64,000 nucleotides of DNA from Octopus sinensis. Taxonomy: Eukaryota. This document shows, piece after piece, positions 1-13,385 of this stretch (its first letter is position 1; every line of letters starts with the position of its first letter). A program made the translations under genes and the position numbers. Below the pieces are notes generated by a model that was not told the DNA's origin, ran no database searches, and saw nothing but the letters and a program-made list of their open reading frames with translations. The stretch covers positions 124,001 through 188,000 of the forward strand of contig NW_021835995.1 in NCBI RefSeq assembly GCF_006345805.1, written 5' to 3'.

Positions 1-42
1 CGGCCCCCCCCATGCAAGTTTCGTTGGCTCGTCTTCGTAGAT

Positions 43-75
<33 letters not shown>

Positions 76-396
76 CGACAGTGAGACAGAGAGAGAGGGA
101 GGACAGATAGATAGAGAGATAGATAAGTGCGTGTGCAACTGTCTCTCTCTCCACTTCCTTCTCTACGACAGCATAGACACTTTATGCATACTCGCTGCGA
201 ATGACAGATAAAAAAAAATAATTAATTACTTGAAATTGTACTTTCTTAATTAGCCGTATCTTTCTTGGTTTTGTGTAACTCGCCAGCTTCTCCAGACTAG
301 TATGGAAGTAATTAGCTCTACAACCAAGTATGTCTAGATTCCACCGAGGTTTTTACGAATCCGTTCAACCTACATTCTTTAAAATAATGTCTCTTT

Positions 397-612
397 TACT
401 CTTTTACTCTTTTACTTGTTTCAGTCATTTGACTGCGGCCATGTTGGAGCACCGCCTTTAATCGAACAACTTGATCCTGGGACTTATTCTTTTGGAAGCC
501 CAGTACTTATTCTATCGGTCTCTTTTGCCTAACCGCTAAGTGACGGGGACATAAACACACCAGCATCGGTTGTCAAGCAATGCTAGGGGGACAAACACAG
601 ACACACAAACAT

Positions 613-671
<59 letters not shown>

Positions 672-842
672 CATACATATATACGACGGGCTTCTTACTG
701 TTTCCGTCTACCAAATCCACTCACAAGGCTTTGGTCGACCTGAGGCTATAGTAGAAGACACTTGCCCAAGGTGCCACGCAGTGGGACTGAACCCGGAACC
801 ATGTGGTTGGTAAGCAAGCTACTTACCACACAGCCACTCCTG
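397..842 (-). mobile_element. tRNA-derived CORE-type SINE (family S1), near full length
   Basis: Head GGAGTGGCTGTGTGGTAAG with B-box GGTTCAGTCC, CORE-like GGCACCTTGGGCAAGTG, internal (TA)/(TG), tail (AAAAGAGT)n. Confidence 0.9.
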
Positions 843-2059
843 CACCTACATGTCTGTGCATCTCCTCTACACAACTTCTTACAATTTGATCTTCAACTCT
901 GTCCTTTCTATGGACTGCATTGGAAAATGTCCGCTGCCTCATAGGAACAACTGCTCGTGATGTGGACTACACTTTGAAAAATTTTAATGTGTTTATCGCA
1001 TTTGCATTAAATGTATTCGTGGCACTCCGTCGGTTACGATGATGAGGGTTCCAGTTGATCCGATCAACGGAACAGCCTGCTCGTGAAATTAACGTGCAAG
1101 TGACTGAGCACTCCACAGACACGTGTACCCTTAACGCAGTTCTCGGGAGATTCAGCGTAACAGAAACAGAAAGAAAGAGTGAGAGAAAGAGTACAGCAGG
1201 GTTCGCCACCCCACCCCACCCCCCTGCCGGAGCCTTAGATGTTTTCGGTCAATAAACACTCACAGCGCTCTGTCTGGGAATCGAAACCGTAATCCTACGA
1301 CTGCGAGTCAGCTGCTCTAACCACTGGGCCATTGTGCCTCCAAGTTAAATGCATATTGAATGCTTAAAACTACTTGTTTACTCGTTTCTTTTTGTCATTG
1401 AAGTGTGCTAAAAATAACAGCTAAATAACGTATTTTAGATAAATCTTTTTTAAGTTCGTGCTGTCGCATTGAAAGCCTATTGAATGCTTCAAACTACAAA
1501 ACACGTGTTGTTTACAAATATTGACAACACAAGCTATTTTCAGGATGCTGACAACAAAATGCGCAGTCACGCACAAAATGATAGCTTCCAAATCCTGTTT
1601 TTTGACTGGGTGAAAAGGGATCAAACTTTAAACCTGTATAACTTTATAAAAACATTTTTCTGGAAAAAGTGAAATAACTCCAGCAATTCAGCTTGGAAAA
1701 GTATATTATTGTGCCAAATTTTAAACTTTTCGATAAACTTTAGTTTTTGAAATGCTGCCATATAAACCAACCAAATCCATTTTCATTTCATATAATCTTT
1801 CGTTTTTCATCCTTTGTGTTTTACCCGTATCCATACCCGTTTTGTACATCGGGTATTTTGTTATTATTTTCTGTTTTTGGGTTGCCAAACATTCAAAACA
1901 GGCTGATAGTCAAAGATAGAGTTCTTCCTGTTATAAGAAACAGAAGTAGCATTAGATTAAAATAGCTATCTACGTATCATACTCAATGTATATAACCATT
2001 GAAAGGCAAGTTAACGGTAGTTTTCATCCAGAGGTACTATATTTTATGGACGTATGGTG

Positions 2060-2290
2060 TTTGAAAATAAATGGTGGGCACCGGAGGCCAGAATTATCTT
2101 GGTCGCACTGACAGACCCTTATGAGAGTCGAATAGATGAACAATACCAATGTAAGATGAGCAAATGTACCAACAGCTAGGTCAACTGAGAATCAAATGTT
2201 GCAAAAGTACAGCGATGATAAAACGCCTGCCTGAGAGGGCTGAGAAGAGCTTAACGTGAATATGAGCAAAGAGAAAGGATAGCTGGAGCT
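2060..2290 (+). mobile_element. Decayed HERO/NeSL-type endonuclease fragment
   Basis: ARIILVALTDPYESRIDEQYQCKMSK resembles the ..ELTVPWEER....RK..KY motif. Confidence 0.45.
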
Positions 2291-3361
2291 GAAATAGAAT
2301 ACTGCAAGCCGCTAAGCAGAGAATGATAGGGGGTGAGTCTAGTGGTCTCAGGCCGATAATAGCCTTGTGAGTGGATCTGGTAGACGGAAACTGAAAGAAA
2401 CCAGTCATATGTAATCTGTATATGAATGTGCGCGTGACTATGTATCTGTGTTTGTCTCGCACCACCACCACCACTACCACTGCTTGATAGCTGGTAGTGG
2501 TGTGTTTACGTCTCCGTAACTTAGCGGTTCGGCAGAAGGAAAAGGTAGAAAGTACTAGGGCCGATTCATTCGACTATGAATTCTTCAAGGTAGTGTTCCA
2601 ACATGGCTGAAGTCTAATGACTGAAACAAGTAAAAGATAAAAGACGTGTAGTACCACTTCATTCTTTTTCGAAATCGCCAGCATAACATAGCCTGGCGTA
2701 ATTATTGTCGATTCCCAGAAACAAAAATTCAATTTTAACAAATGAGATACCACAACGATTTATTGAGAATGCCAAAAAAGCTGTCATTTCATGGCATGAA
2801 CTGGAAGCAATCTTACTTTTCTTTGTGGTAGTTTTACATAAAACTAGTTCATTATTTTACGGGTCGGTAGCGCATTAGACAAGATTTTTAACAGCATTTC
2901 TTCCGACTAGTTACATTCTGAGTTCAAATTCCGCCGAGGTCGACTTTATCATTCCTCCTTTCGGGTTTCAAAAGGGCCAGTTGAGCACTGGCGCTAATGT
3001 AACCGACATGCCCCCTCCCACCTAATTTCAAACCTTGTGCCTCTTATAGAAAAGATTATTTTAGGAGCTAACGAAGGAGACTAGCTGGCAGAATCGTTAA
3101 CACACCGGACAAAATGCTTAGCGGCATTTCTTCCGGTTTTACATTCTGAGTTCAAGTGCTGTCGAAATCGACTTTGTCTTTCATCCTTTCAATGTTGATA
3201 AAATAAGTACCAGTTGACTACTGGGGTCGATGTAATTGACTTAGCTTCTTCCTCCTCAAATTTTCCGCCTTGTACCAAAATGTGAAATCGTTGTTCTACA
3301 AGCCAAAGAGACCCGAAGTTGTCAATCAACTTGCTAGAAATAGCGAAATCTTACTCAAATT

Positions 3362-3504
3362 GTAAAGATTATTTGCCAACAAAATGTGACAGACCTACAC
3401 AGGACGATGTTTTAGCCCCAGAAAAAGCTGTTTTCCTGAGGCTAAAACAGCAGTAACATCGTCCTGTGTAGGTCTGCTACATTTAGTTGGGAAATAAACT
3501 TTAC
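3362..3504. mobile_element. Spacer-less palindromic derivative of the 34971 element
   Basis: GTAAAGATTATTTGCCAAC...TTAGCCCCAG arm followed directly by its reverse complement. Confidence 0.65.
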
Positions 3505-3885
3505 TGTTCGGTACTGTTACTGCTTATCGCTCGCTCAGAGATTTAAAACTAGTTATTTTTCTCTTTACTCAAATTATACTCTACTTTCTTAAAAACGGAA
3601 GGGCATGTTGGATGATGGAGTCCAAAAGGCGTGATGGTCGTGGTTGCATAAAGCCGACAACAACAATAACGCATATTCTTTTATTCTTTTATTTGTTTCA
3701 GTCATTTGATTGCGGCCATGCTGGAGCACCGCCTTTAGTCGAACAAATAGACCCCAGGACTTATTTTTTTGTAAGCTTAGTACTTATTCTATCGGTCTTT
3801 TTTATCGAATCGTTACGCTACAGAGACGTAAACACACCACCATCGGTTGTTGGAGGGACAGACAAACACACATATGCACACACAC

Positions 3886-3922
<37 letters not shown>

Positions 3923-4289
3923 CATACATACATACGACGGGCTTCTTTCAGTTTCCATCTACCAAATCCACTCACAAGACTTTGGTCGGCCCGTGGCTAT
4001 AGTAGAAAACACTTGCCCAAGGTTCCACGCAATGGCAATGAACCCAGAAGCAGCCACTCCTACGCCTACTGATTTCAAATGGTTTCTAACTTTAGCATCA
4101 GCCACAAAATTTGAGGGGTGGGGGATAATCAATTCTGTCAACCTCAGTACTTGACTAGTACTTTATTTTATCGACCCTGAAACGATGGAGAGTGAAGTTG
4201 GCCTCGGCATAATTTGAACTCAGAACGTAATGTCGGAAGGAACACTGTCAGGAAAATTTGTCCGGCGGCCACCTAAACGTAATTCTTTG

Positions 4290-5050
4290 AAATCTTGGCA
4301 CAAGGCCCGCAATTTTAGGGGAGAGGCAGAATCGATTACATCGATCCCAGCTCTTGACTGATGCTTTATTCCATCAACCCTGAAAATATGAAAGGCGGCG
4401 AGCTGGCAGAAACGTTAGCACGCCGGGCGAAATGCTTAGCGGTATTTCGTCTGTCTTTATATTCTGAGTTCAAATTCCGCCGAGGTCGACTTTGCCTTTC
4501 ATCCTTTCGAGGTCGATTAAATAGTACCAGTTACGCACTGGAGTCGATATAATCGACTTAATCCGTTTGTTTGTCTGTCCTTGTTTGTCCTCTCTGTGCT
4601 TAGCCCCTTGTGGGTAGTAAAGAAATGGGTATTTCGTTGCCGCTACGTTCTGAGTTAAAATTCCGCCGAGGTCGACTGCCTTTCATCCTTTCGGGGTCGA
4701 CAAATTAACTACCAGTTATGCACTGGGATCGATGTAATCGACTTAATCTCTTTGTCTGTCTTTGTTTGTCCCCTCTATGTTTAGTCCCTTGTGGGCAATA
4801 AAGAAATAAGAAACGCTAGCACGCCAGGCGAAATGCTTAGCGGTATTTCGTCTGTCTTTACATTCTGAGTTCAAATTCTGCCGAGGTCGACTTTGCCTTT
4901 CATCTTTTCGGATAAATTGAGTACCAGTTGCGTACTGTGATCGATCTAATCGACTGAACCCCTCCCCCAAAATTTAGGGTCTTGTGCTTAGAGTAGAAAA
5001 GAATATGAAAGACAAAGTTGACCTCGATGGAAATTGAACTAAGAAAGAAA
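4290..5050 (+). mobile_element. Tandem cluster of family S2 SINEs (Meta/MESC-like core)
   Basis: Repeated GGCGAGCTGGCAGAA...GAGTTCAAATTCCGCCGAGGTCGACTTTGCCTTTCATCCTTTCGGGGTCGATAAA units. Confidence 0.85.
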
Positions 5051-6120
5051 TGAATCGGAAGAAATGTCGCTGTGCACTTTATTCGACGTTCTACCGCTTC
5101 TGCCATCTAACTGCCTTCGGAACACATAGAATGCAAATTACATATCAACATACTGCGTGGCATCTTGAGCAAGTATCTTCTACTAAACCTCCGAATCGAT
5201 CTATGCCTTGTGAGAGAATTTGGGACGCGGAAACTGTGTTGAAGCCAGTCGGATATAAGTGTGTGTGCATGCGTGTGTGTATGTGCGTGTGTGTGTGCGT
5301 GTGCGTACGTGCGTGTGCGTACGTGCGTGTGCGTACGTGCGTGTGCGTACGTGCGTGTATGTGTGTGCGTGTGTGTGTGTCTACTACCACCACCACCGCT
5401 TGATAACTGGTATTTGTTAACGTCCCAGTAACCTAGCGGTTCGACAAAGGACACCGATAAAATGAATATCACGCTTTTAAAAAGAAAAAAGGTAAATACT
5501 GATATCGGTTTGTTCGACTAAAAGCCGTTCAATGTGGTGCCCCAGCATGGCCGCAGTCGAATAACTGAAACAAAAACAAAAAACGATAACGGATACAATT
5601 ATTAGGAGAAAGAAAAATATGCAAACGAGGTGGGAGAAGTTGGGAGTAGAATCAAACCCCTACCAACACCCCCATCTTCTACCTTTTCTAGGCCAGTCAT
5701 TGATTTTATTTATTTTACCGAATATTCTTGCAATGCAAAGAATTTAATTCCAAACAAAAAAAAAAAAATTGGTAAAAGACCTCTCTTTCTAGATTGGTAA
5801 GAAATTCCAGCTTACATGGTTTAATGGTAAATCTTGCTGCCAATGTCAGACACTGAAGTCTAGCATACGTTTGACCTGACCTATATCTATTTCCTCTTTT
5901 TTTTTTTTTTTGACCTGACCTATATCTATTTCCTCTTCACAGAATTACTTAGAATGCAACGTTTTACTTCTGCCATTTTTTTTTTCTTTTTTCTTCCCTA
6001 AACAAAGAGATTTGGATAAGATTCTCGTCTGATTTCTTCACTGAAATTTCTCTTCCTGTTCGTATCTCCGCATAAAATATAATTTTTAAAATGTATTTCA
6101 GGTTATCTTTTGATCCTGCT

Positions 6121-6256
6121 TCAACTGCTACTACGACTACTGCTGCTGCTGCTGCTGTTGTTGTAGCTGTTGCTGCTGCTGCTACTACTACCACTACTAC
6201 TACTATAACTACAACTATTACTGTTGCTGTTACTATTACCACTACTACTACTAATA

Positions 6257-6324
<68 letters not shown>

Positions 6325-6502
6325 ACTACAACTACTGCTGTAGCAGTTATTACTACCACTACTACTGCTACTACTACAACTACAACTGCTGCTGCTACAA
6401 CTACTATTGCTGTTGCTGCTACTACTACCACTACTACCACTACTGCTACTAATTCTACTACTAAAACTACTACAACTACAACTTCTGCTGCTGCTACTAC
6501 TA

Positions 6503-6534
<32 letters not shown>

Positions 6535-6587
6535 ACTGCTACAACTACTACTACTGCAACTATTGCTACTACTACTATTACTACAAA

Positions 6588-6620
<33 letters not shown>

Positions 6621-6622
6621 GT
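6121..6622. repeat. Compound trinucleotide microsatellite (ACT/GCT/AGT)
   Basis: Direct reading. Confidence 0.95.
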
Positions 6623-6864
6623 TTTGACGTATGTGTATTTGAAGGAAAGGATTTTTAAAAAAGGATGAGGAAACATTTGCGATGGATGCGTGAACGGTAG
6701 TTAAGTCCAGATATGGAGTTTACTATGAAGTCACCATGGAGACAATGGCGATTTTTGATTTGGCCTGGAATTGGACAACTGTGCCTGCTGAATGCATGAT
6801 AAAGTTCTTTTATTGTTCTATTTCTTCAACTCAAATTGTTGAATCAGTATTATTATTATTATAC

Positions 6865-6993
6865 CGCCGAGGTCGACTTTGCCTTTCATCCTTTCGGGGT
6901 CGATAAATTAAGTACCAGTTGCATACTGGGTCGATCTAATTAACTGGCCCCCTCCCAAAAAAATTTGGGCCTTGTGCCTAGAATAGAAAAGAA

Positions 6994-7038
<45 letters not shown>

Positions 7039-7943
7039 AGCGGCGAGCTGGAAGAATCGTTAGCACACCGGGCAAAATGCTTAGCGGTATTTCGTCTGTC
7101 TTTACGTTCTGAGTTCAAATTCGACTAGCCCCGTCCCCCAAAATTTCGGGTTTTGCGCTTAGAGTAGAAAAAAATATTAAAAGTGTATTTGGAAAAGTTC
7201 GCCATCGTTTGGTGGATGAATACGATATCAGTTTGAAAACTAAAATAAGAGTAGTATATTGCTAGTTTTACTGGGTACAAGGCCTGGAATTTTGGGAGAG
7301 GGAGATGCTAGTCGATTACATCGACACCCCAGTGCTCAACTGGTACTTATTTCATCGATCCCGAAAGAATGAAAGACAAAGTCGACCTCGGCGGAATTTG
7401 AACTCAGAACATAACGGCAGACGAAATACGGCTAAGCATTTCGCCCGGCGTGCTAACGTTTCTGCCAGCTCGCCGCCTTAATAATAATAATAATAATGAT
7501 TTCAAATTTTTGTCACAAGGACAACTTGGGGGAGAGGATTAAGTCGATTATATCGACCCCAGTGCATAACTGGTACTTATTTAATCGACTCCGAAAGGAT
7601 GAAAGGCAAAGTCAACCTCGGCGAAATTTGAACTCAGAACGTAAAGACAGACGAAATACCGCTAAGTATTCCGCCCGGCGTGCTAACGTTTCTGCCAGCT
7701 CGCCGCCTTCATTAATAATGATAATAATTTTTTCTACTATAGACACAAGGTCTGAATTTTGGTAGGAGGGGACTAGTCGATTACATCTAACCCAGTGTTT
7801 CACCGGTACTTATTTTTATCGATCCCGAAAGTATGAAAAGCAAAGTCGGCCTCGGCGGAATTTGAACTCAGAACGTAGCGACGAGCGAAATGCCGCTAGG
7901 CATTCCGCTCGGCGTGCTAACGATTCTGCCAGCTCGCCGCCTT
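6865..7943. mobile_element. S2 SINE cluster: plus-strand copies facing three tandem minus-strand copies
   Basis: Plus copies at 6865-7150, minus copies at about 7270-7480, 7495-7710 and 7730-7943. Confidence 0.85.
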
Positions 7944-8929
7944 CTCTAAAATCACACTGACGTTTTTAAGAATTGAGAGTAAATGTACACTGGGTGGTGC
8001 ACTCTGAGATAAACTGCGTCAGACTACAACGGCAAGGATGGTATTTTTTCATAGGTCAGCTCGTTCGCGATTGACATAAGAGGCAAACGACTATAATTAC
8101 TTAATTATCTTATCAACGCTGTTTTATCTATGATAAAAAACAGACATTTGTGGGTCAGACATTCGTAAGGAATGAGTCAGATGAAGACGGCAACGGCAAA
8201 ACGTTCGGAATTTCTTGCTTTGGTATTTGGTTTGTAAGATTCTTGTGTTGTATTTTGGGAGGATCATTATGTCAACAGACACACGCACTGGTTCTATTTC
8301 CACTTCTCTATTATTTATTCTTTAATTGGTTAACTCTTTATCCAGAGCCGTTTCCTCGACTCTGTTGAAATCAATTCACTTACGCCGGTAATGTTTTTGG
8401 GGAAATACTGATAGCCACAAAATCATGTTTTCCTCGATTTTTTAACCAAAAGATTTCAGTATTTAGGGCGAGTAATACGGTGAGCAGGAAGAATCGTCAC
8501 CGTGCCAAACAAAATGCTTAGCGGCATTTCATCCGACTTTATCTTGAGTACAAATGCCGCTAGGGTCGACTTTGCCTTTCATCCTTTCGGAGCGGTGAGC
8601 TGACCGAATCGTTAGCACGCTGGAAGGAATGCTTAGCGGTATTTCGTCCGTCGCGACGTTCTGAGTTCAAATTCTGCCGGGGTCTACTTTGCCTTTCATC
8701 CTTTCAGGATCGATAAAAAAAAAAGGTACCAGTCGAGTACTGAGGTCGACGTATTCGACTTAGTTTCTCCCCGGCAATGTCTGGCCTTGCGCCAAAATTC
8801 GAAACCGACATCTAGGGCGAGTGAATTGATTGTTATTCTTACTCTTGTTGCTGTTATTGTTGTTTAGGTCAGCTCTGATATTTCTTCCAACCGTGACCAA
8901 CTCGTCATATTAAGACTATGTAAGACTAA

Positions 8930-9240
8930 TATGTCCACTACAAGGTCGAGTCCATATTGTGGTGGCTTGGATGCCTCGATAACCTTGTCAGCAGAGAGCA
9001 AGCTTCTGTTAGGGCCTCCTATGTTGGACAGGTCAAAGGACAAAGGCCAGAAAAAAACGAACCACCTCTTCCTAGAGGTAAAAGTGGGTTTGCATACCCT
9101 ACCTAGAAAAAAAAGCAAGCTTACAGAATTATTCAAATCCAACAAAAACCTGGGTGAGGACACCCAAGTTCAACAATCCAGAATTGAAAACAAGGAAGAA
9201 AAGTCATCGACAGCCTATGCTGCAGAGGGAACGAAGGGGT
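8930..9240 (+). mobile_element. Probable RTE 5' UTR fragment
   Basis: Order of motifs GGCTTGGATGCCTCGATAACC...AGGGCCTCCTATG..GGACAGGTCAAAGG...GGCCAGA...ACCCTACCTAGAAAAAA resembles RTE 5' leaders I recall. No search done. Confidence 0.45.
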
Positions 9241-9495
9241 TAAAATGTGCCCTTTCTTTGTTTAAGACAATATGGTGTTATTATTTGATGGCGATCTAGC
9301 CGCTGTTTTTAACAACCACATGGAAGCCTCTTCATCGGCTCCGCAATTCCTCGATATACTTGCAATATTTAGTTCCTTCTCTCGACGTCTAGAGTTCAAA
9401 TTCCACCAGTTTCACTGCTGCCTTTCATTTCTTCAAAGTCAATAAAATAAGTAACAACAATTCGTGTTTCCTCTGTTAAAAAGACATGATTTTCA

Positions 9496-9651
9496 TTTTA
9501 ACGGTTTGTTTTAACGGTTTGTTTTAACGGTTTATTTTAACGGTTTGTTTTAACGGTTTATTTTAACGGTTTGTTTTAGCGGTTTATTTTAAAGGTTTGT
9601 TTTAACGGTTTGTTTTAACAGTTCATTTTAACTGTTTATTTTAAAGGTTTA
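9496..9651. repeat. 13-bp minisatellite (TTTTAACGGTTTR) x12
   Basis: Twelve units counted over 156 bp. Confidence 0.95.
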
Positions 9652-10645
9652 GTTCTTCAGATCTTCCTTATCGCCCTTCTTGTACAGTAGGATCGTACAT
9701 GACTCTTCCCATTGGGAAGATAGTGACCCTTACTCTAGGTAGCGGTTGAAGCGTAGAGCGAGGGTTTACCATGGCTGCTCTCCGCTGTCCTGCAGCATAT
9801 CAGATGCTATACCTTCCTTGGTCAGTACTTTACCTTTGTTCATCGATTTTGAGGGTTCTCTGGACTTCACTGATCAGAACAGATGATAGTTTCTCTCTTT
9901 CACTTTCCAAAGATGGAGGCACAATCACTGCTCTCGATTTAAAGAGGTTTGTGTATAAGGTTTTGCAGACTTTTTCCACACCTCTTCTGTTGGTCACTGC
10001 ATTGCCTTCCTGGTTCTTCAGCGTCGTTACTTCCGTTCAATAAAGCATCGTCTCCCTTTCGCATTTTTTTAGGCTCTTCCGTTCTCGCGCGGTCTTCAGG
10101 ATCTTCTCCTTTCTGTACCTCTCGAAATCATTCTCAAGACACTTTCTTATTGCCTTGCAGAGAATAGAATATTCTGCCAGGTGTTTCCCATCTCTATTCA
10201 TGTTTCTCCGCTTTTTCATCCTCACCAGTCAATGTTCCAGTGGAGAAGGGTGTCAAACAAGGAGGCACCATCTCTCCTAAACTTTTCACGGCGTGTCCTC
10301 AAGATGGTCATGCGAGACATAAACTGGAACGGAAGCATAAGGGTAAACGGAGAGCTGCTCACCCATTTGAGATTTGCTGATGACACAGCGCTGACAGCGG
10401 AGAGGACCGATCAGCTACAGACCGTGCTAGGCGAACTGGATTTCAGGGGTTCGGCGGTTGGCCTGAAGATCAACCGTACGAAAACCAAGTACGTACAGTG
10501 TGGGGGCGTACTGATCGGTCGGCTAACAGTGGGAGGTAAAAGCAGGACGGAGAGCATTCAAATCGGTGAATGATGTGCTGAAGGCGAACCTAAACAAGGC
10601 AACTCGCGCCAATCCCTTCAACAGCACAGTCTTACCTGCAATGTT
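9652..10645. mobile_element. RTE-1-like LINE fragment with internal inversion
   Basis: Minus strand 10222-9652 encodes the pre-RT linker to LLYKKGDKEDLK. Plus strand from about 10222 encodes GVKQGGTISPKLF, HLRFADD, GLKINRTKTK and NSTVLPAML. Confidence 0.85.
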
Positions 10646-10704
10646 AACGATGACGTGTATGTGTATGAGTGTGTGTCTGTGTGTCTGTGTGTCTGTGTGC
10701 GTGC

Positions 10705-10787
<83 letters not shown>

Positions 10788-10871
10788 CGCGTGCGTATTT
10801 GTATCTGTATGCCCCCCCCCACACACACACAGCATAACAGTTCAGCAAAAAAAAACTGACAGAATGAATAC

Positions 10872-11102
10872 CACTTTTACACTTTTACTTGTTTCAGTCA
10901 TTTGTCTGCGGCCATGCTGGAGCACCGCCTTTAGTCGAGCAAATCGACCCCAGGACTTATTCTTTGTAAGCCTAGTACTTATTCTATCGTTCTCTTTTGC
11001 CGAACCGCTAAGTTACGGGGACGTAAACACACCAGCATCAGTTGTCAAGCGATGTTGGGGGGACAAACACAGACACACACATATATATATATACACACAT
11101 AT

Positions 11103-11149
<47 letters not shown>

Positions 11150-11313
11150 TACGACGGGCTTCTTTCAGTTTCCGTCCACCAAATCCACTCACAAGGCCTT
11201 AGTCGGCCCGAGGCTATAGTAGAAGACAGTTGTCCAAGGTGCCACGCAGTGGGACTGAACCCGGAACCATGTGGTTGGTAAGCAAGCTACTTACCACACA
11301 GCCACTCCTACGC
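10872..11313 (-). mobile_element. SINE S1, young full-length copy
   Basis: Same structure as 397-842, CpGs retained. Confidence 0.9.
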
Positions 11314-12094
11314 CAACCAGGCTATAAAAAAAAAAGCACAGGAGTTGATTCATTCGACTGAACCATGCGGTGCCCCAGCATGGCCACAGTCTAATGGCTG
11401 AAACAAGTAAAAGATAAAGATTATATTTCAGATTATATCACATAAGCCTTAATGGCTTCCTCCCCGCCCCCACCGCCCTCCAAAATTATGGAAGGCAAGG
11501 CGATCCGATGATGAAGATGACTGGAGCTTGCAACCTTCTGATATTTGGGTTCTGGAGATTTTTCTAAAATTCAGAAGATGTAGTTTTGAACCACAACAAT
11601 GAGGGGCTCCGTGACAAAAAAAGAAATCATCACCAAGAGAAGTTATTAGTGACTCCTTTGGCAGGCAAAGCGTTAAAGAGTTTTTAAAGTTAGTCAAACT
11701 AAAATAAAGCAGATAACCGAGAGAGTCTTCCTGATTTTGTGCGGATCAAGGGAGATAATTCTGCAGTAATGTTAAGTTCGAGTATACAGGGATTTGTGAG
11801 AATAACGCGATACGATATAAAAAGTTCACCAATATCGTAATTAGCATAATTAGAAAATAAATAGTTAATGTCTTATATACCAAGTGGTGGTACTTATGAT
11901 ATTATCTGACTAGGCAGTTGTCTAACCATGGAGGATTCCTAAATAAAATTATATAAACAGGCAGAGTTGTTAAGAAGTCTGTTTCATTGCCAGTTTGGCA
12001 CCTTGGGCCCCACATCTTCTGCTATAGCCCCAGATTGGCCAATTGTTTAATAGTGAATAGGATAATGGAAACTGTGTGGAAGCCTGTAGTAAAC

Positions 12095-12136
<42 letters not shown>

Positions 12137-12209
12137 GTAGGTAGGTAGGTAGGTAGGTAGGTAGGTAGGTAGATAGATAGGTAGGTAGGTAGGTAGGTAG
12201 GTAGATAGG

Positions 12210-12496
<287 letters not shown>

Positions 12497-12904
12497 GTTT
12501 GTCTGTCATTCTGCCCATCGCTTGATAACTGGTGTTGGTTTGTTTATGTCTCTATAACTTGATTGTTTGGCAAAAGAAACAAACAGAATAAGTAGCAGAC
12601 TTCACAAAAATAAGCACTTGGGTCAGTTTGTTTGACCAAGCCCTTCAAGCTGTTGCCCCAGCATGGCTGTAGTCCAATGATTGAAAGAAATAAAAGATAA
12701 AAGCCAACATGTTAAATTTCACCACTAGAAATCACAAACACCCCCACTTTCTACCATTTCATTAAGGCAGGAAAATGGACCCAGTTTAAAATTGAAGAGA
12801 TTGTAGCTTTAACATAGCAGCATTATTGAAAACCCTTTAGCATTTGGATTTCTTTGTCAAATGCACATTGTTTTGACTTAAGTTGTAGCTCCAAGATTTC
12901 AATG

Positions 12905-13385
12905 GTATTCTTTTATTTGTTCCAGTCATTTGACTGCGGCCATGCTGGAGCACCGCCTTTAGTCGAACAAATCGACCCCAGGACTTATTATTTGTAAGCC
13001 TAGTACTTATTCTATCGGTCTCTTTTGCCAAACCACTATGTTACGGGGAGATGTAAAGACACCACCATCGGTTGTCAAGTGATGGTGGGGGGGGGACAAA
13101 CACAGACATACAAACACACACACACACATACATATATATATAATAGGCTACTTTCAGTTTCCGTCTACCAAATCCACTCACAAGGCTTTGGTCGACCCAA
13201 GGCTATAGTAGAAGACACTTGCCCAAGACATACAAACACACACACACATATATATATTAACAGGCTTCTTTCAGTTTCCATCTACCAAATCCACTCACAA
13301 GGCTTTGGTCGGCCCGAGGCTATAGTAGAAGACACTTGCCCAAGGTGCCATGCAGTGGGACTGAGCCTAGAACCATGTGGTTGGC
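12905..13385 (-). mobile_element. SINE S1 with internal ~100-bp tandem duplication
   Basis: The segment CTTTCAGTTTCC...GACACTTGCCCAAG occurs twice (about 13150-13228 and 13267-13345). Confidence 0.85.

Noticed and set aside
580-813. Recurrent ORFs ending HSQGFGRPEAIVEDTCPRCHAVGLNPEPCGW (also 11042, 13025, 32332, 43687)
   Set aside because: Antisense reading of the S1 SINE head, not a gene family.
6091-6627. 178-aa Thr/Ala-rich ORF resembling a mucin or antifreeze protein
   Set aside because: It is a compound (ACT/GCT)n microsatellite open in several frames on both strands, with no splice or start context.
11449-11697. 82-aa ORF and alternative plus-strand frames in unique-looking sequence
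   Set aside because: No splice pairing, homology or consistent frame.
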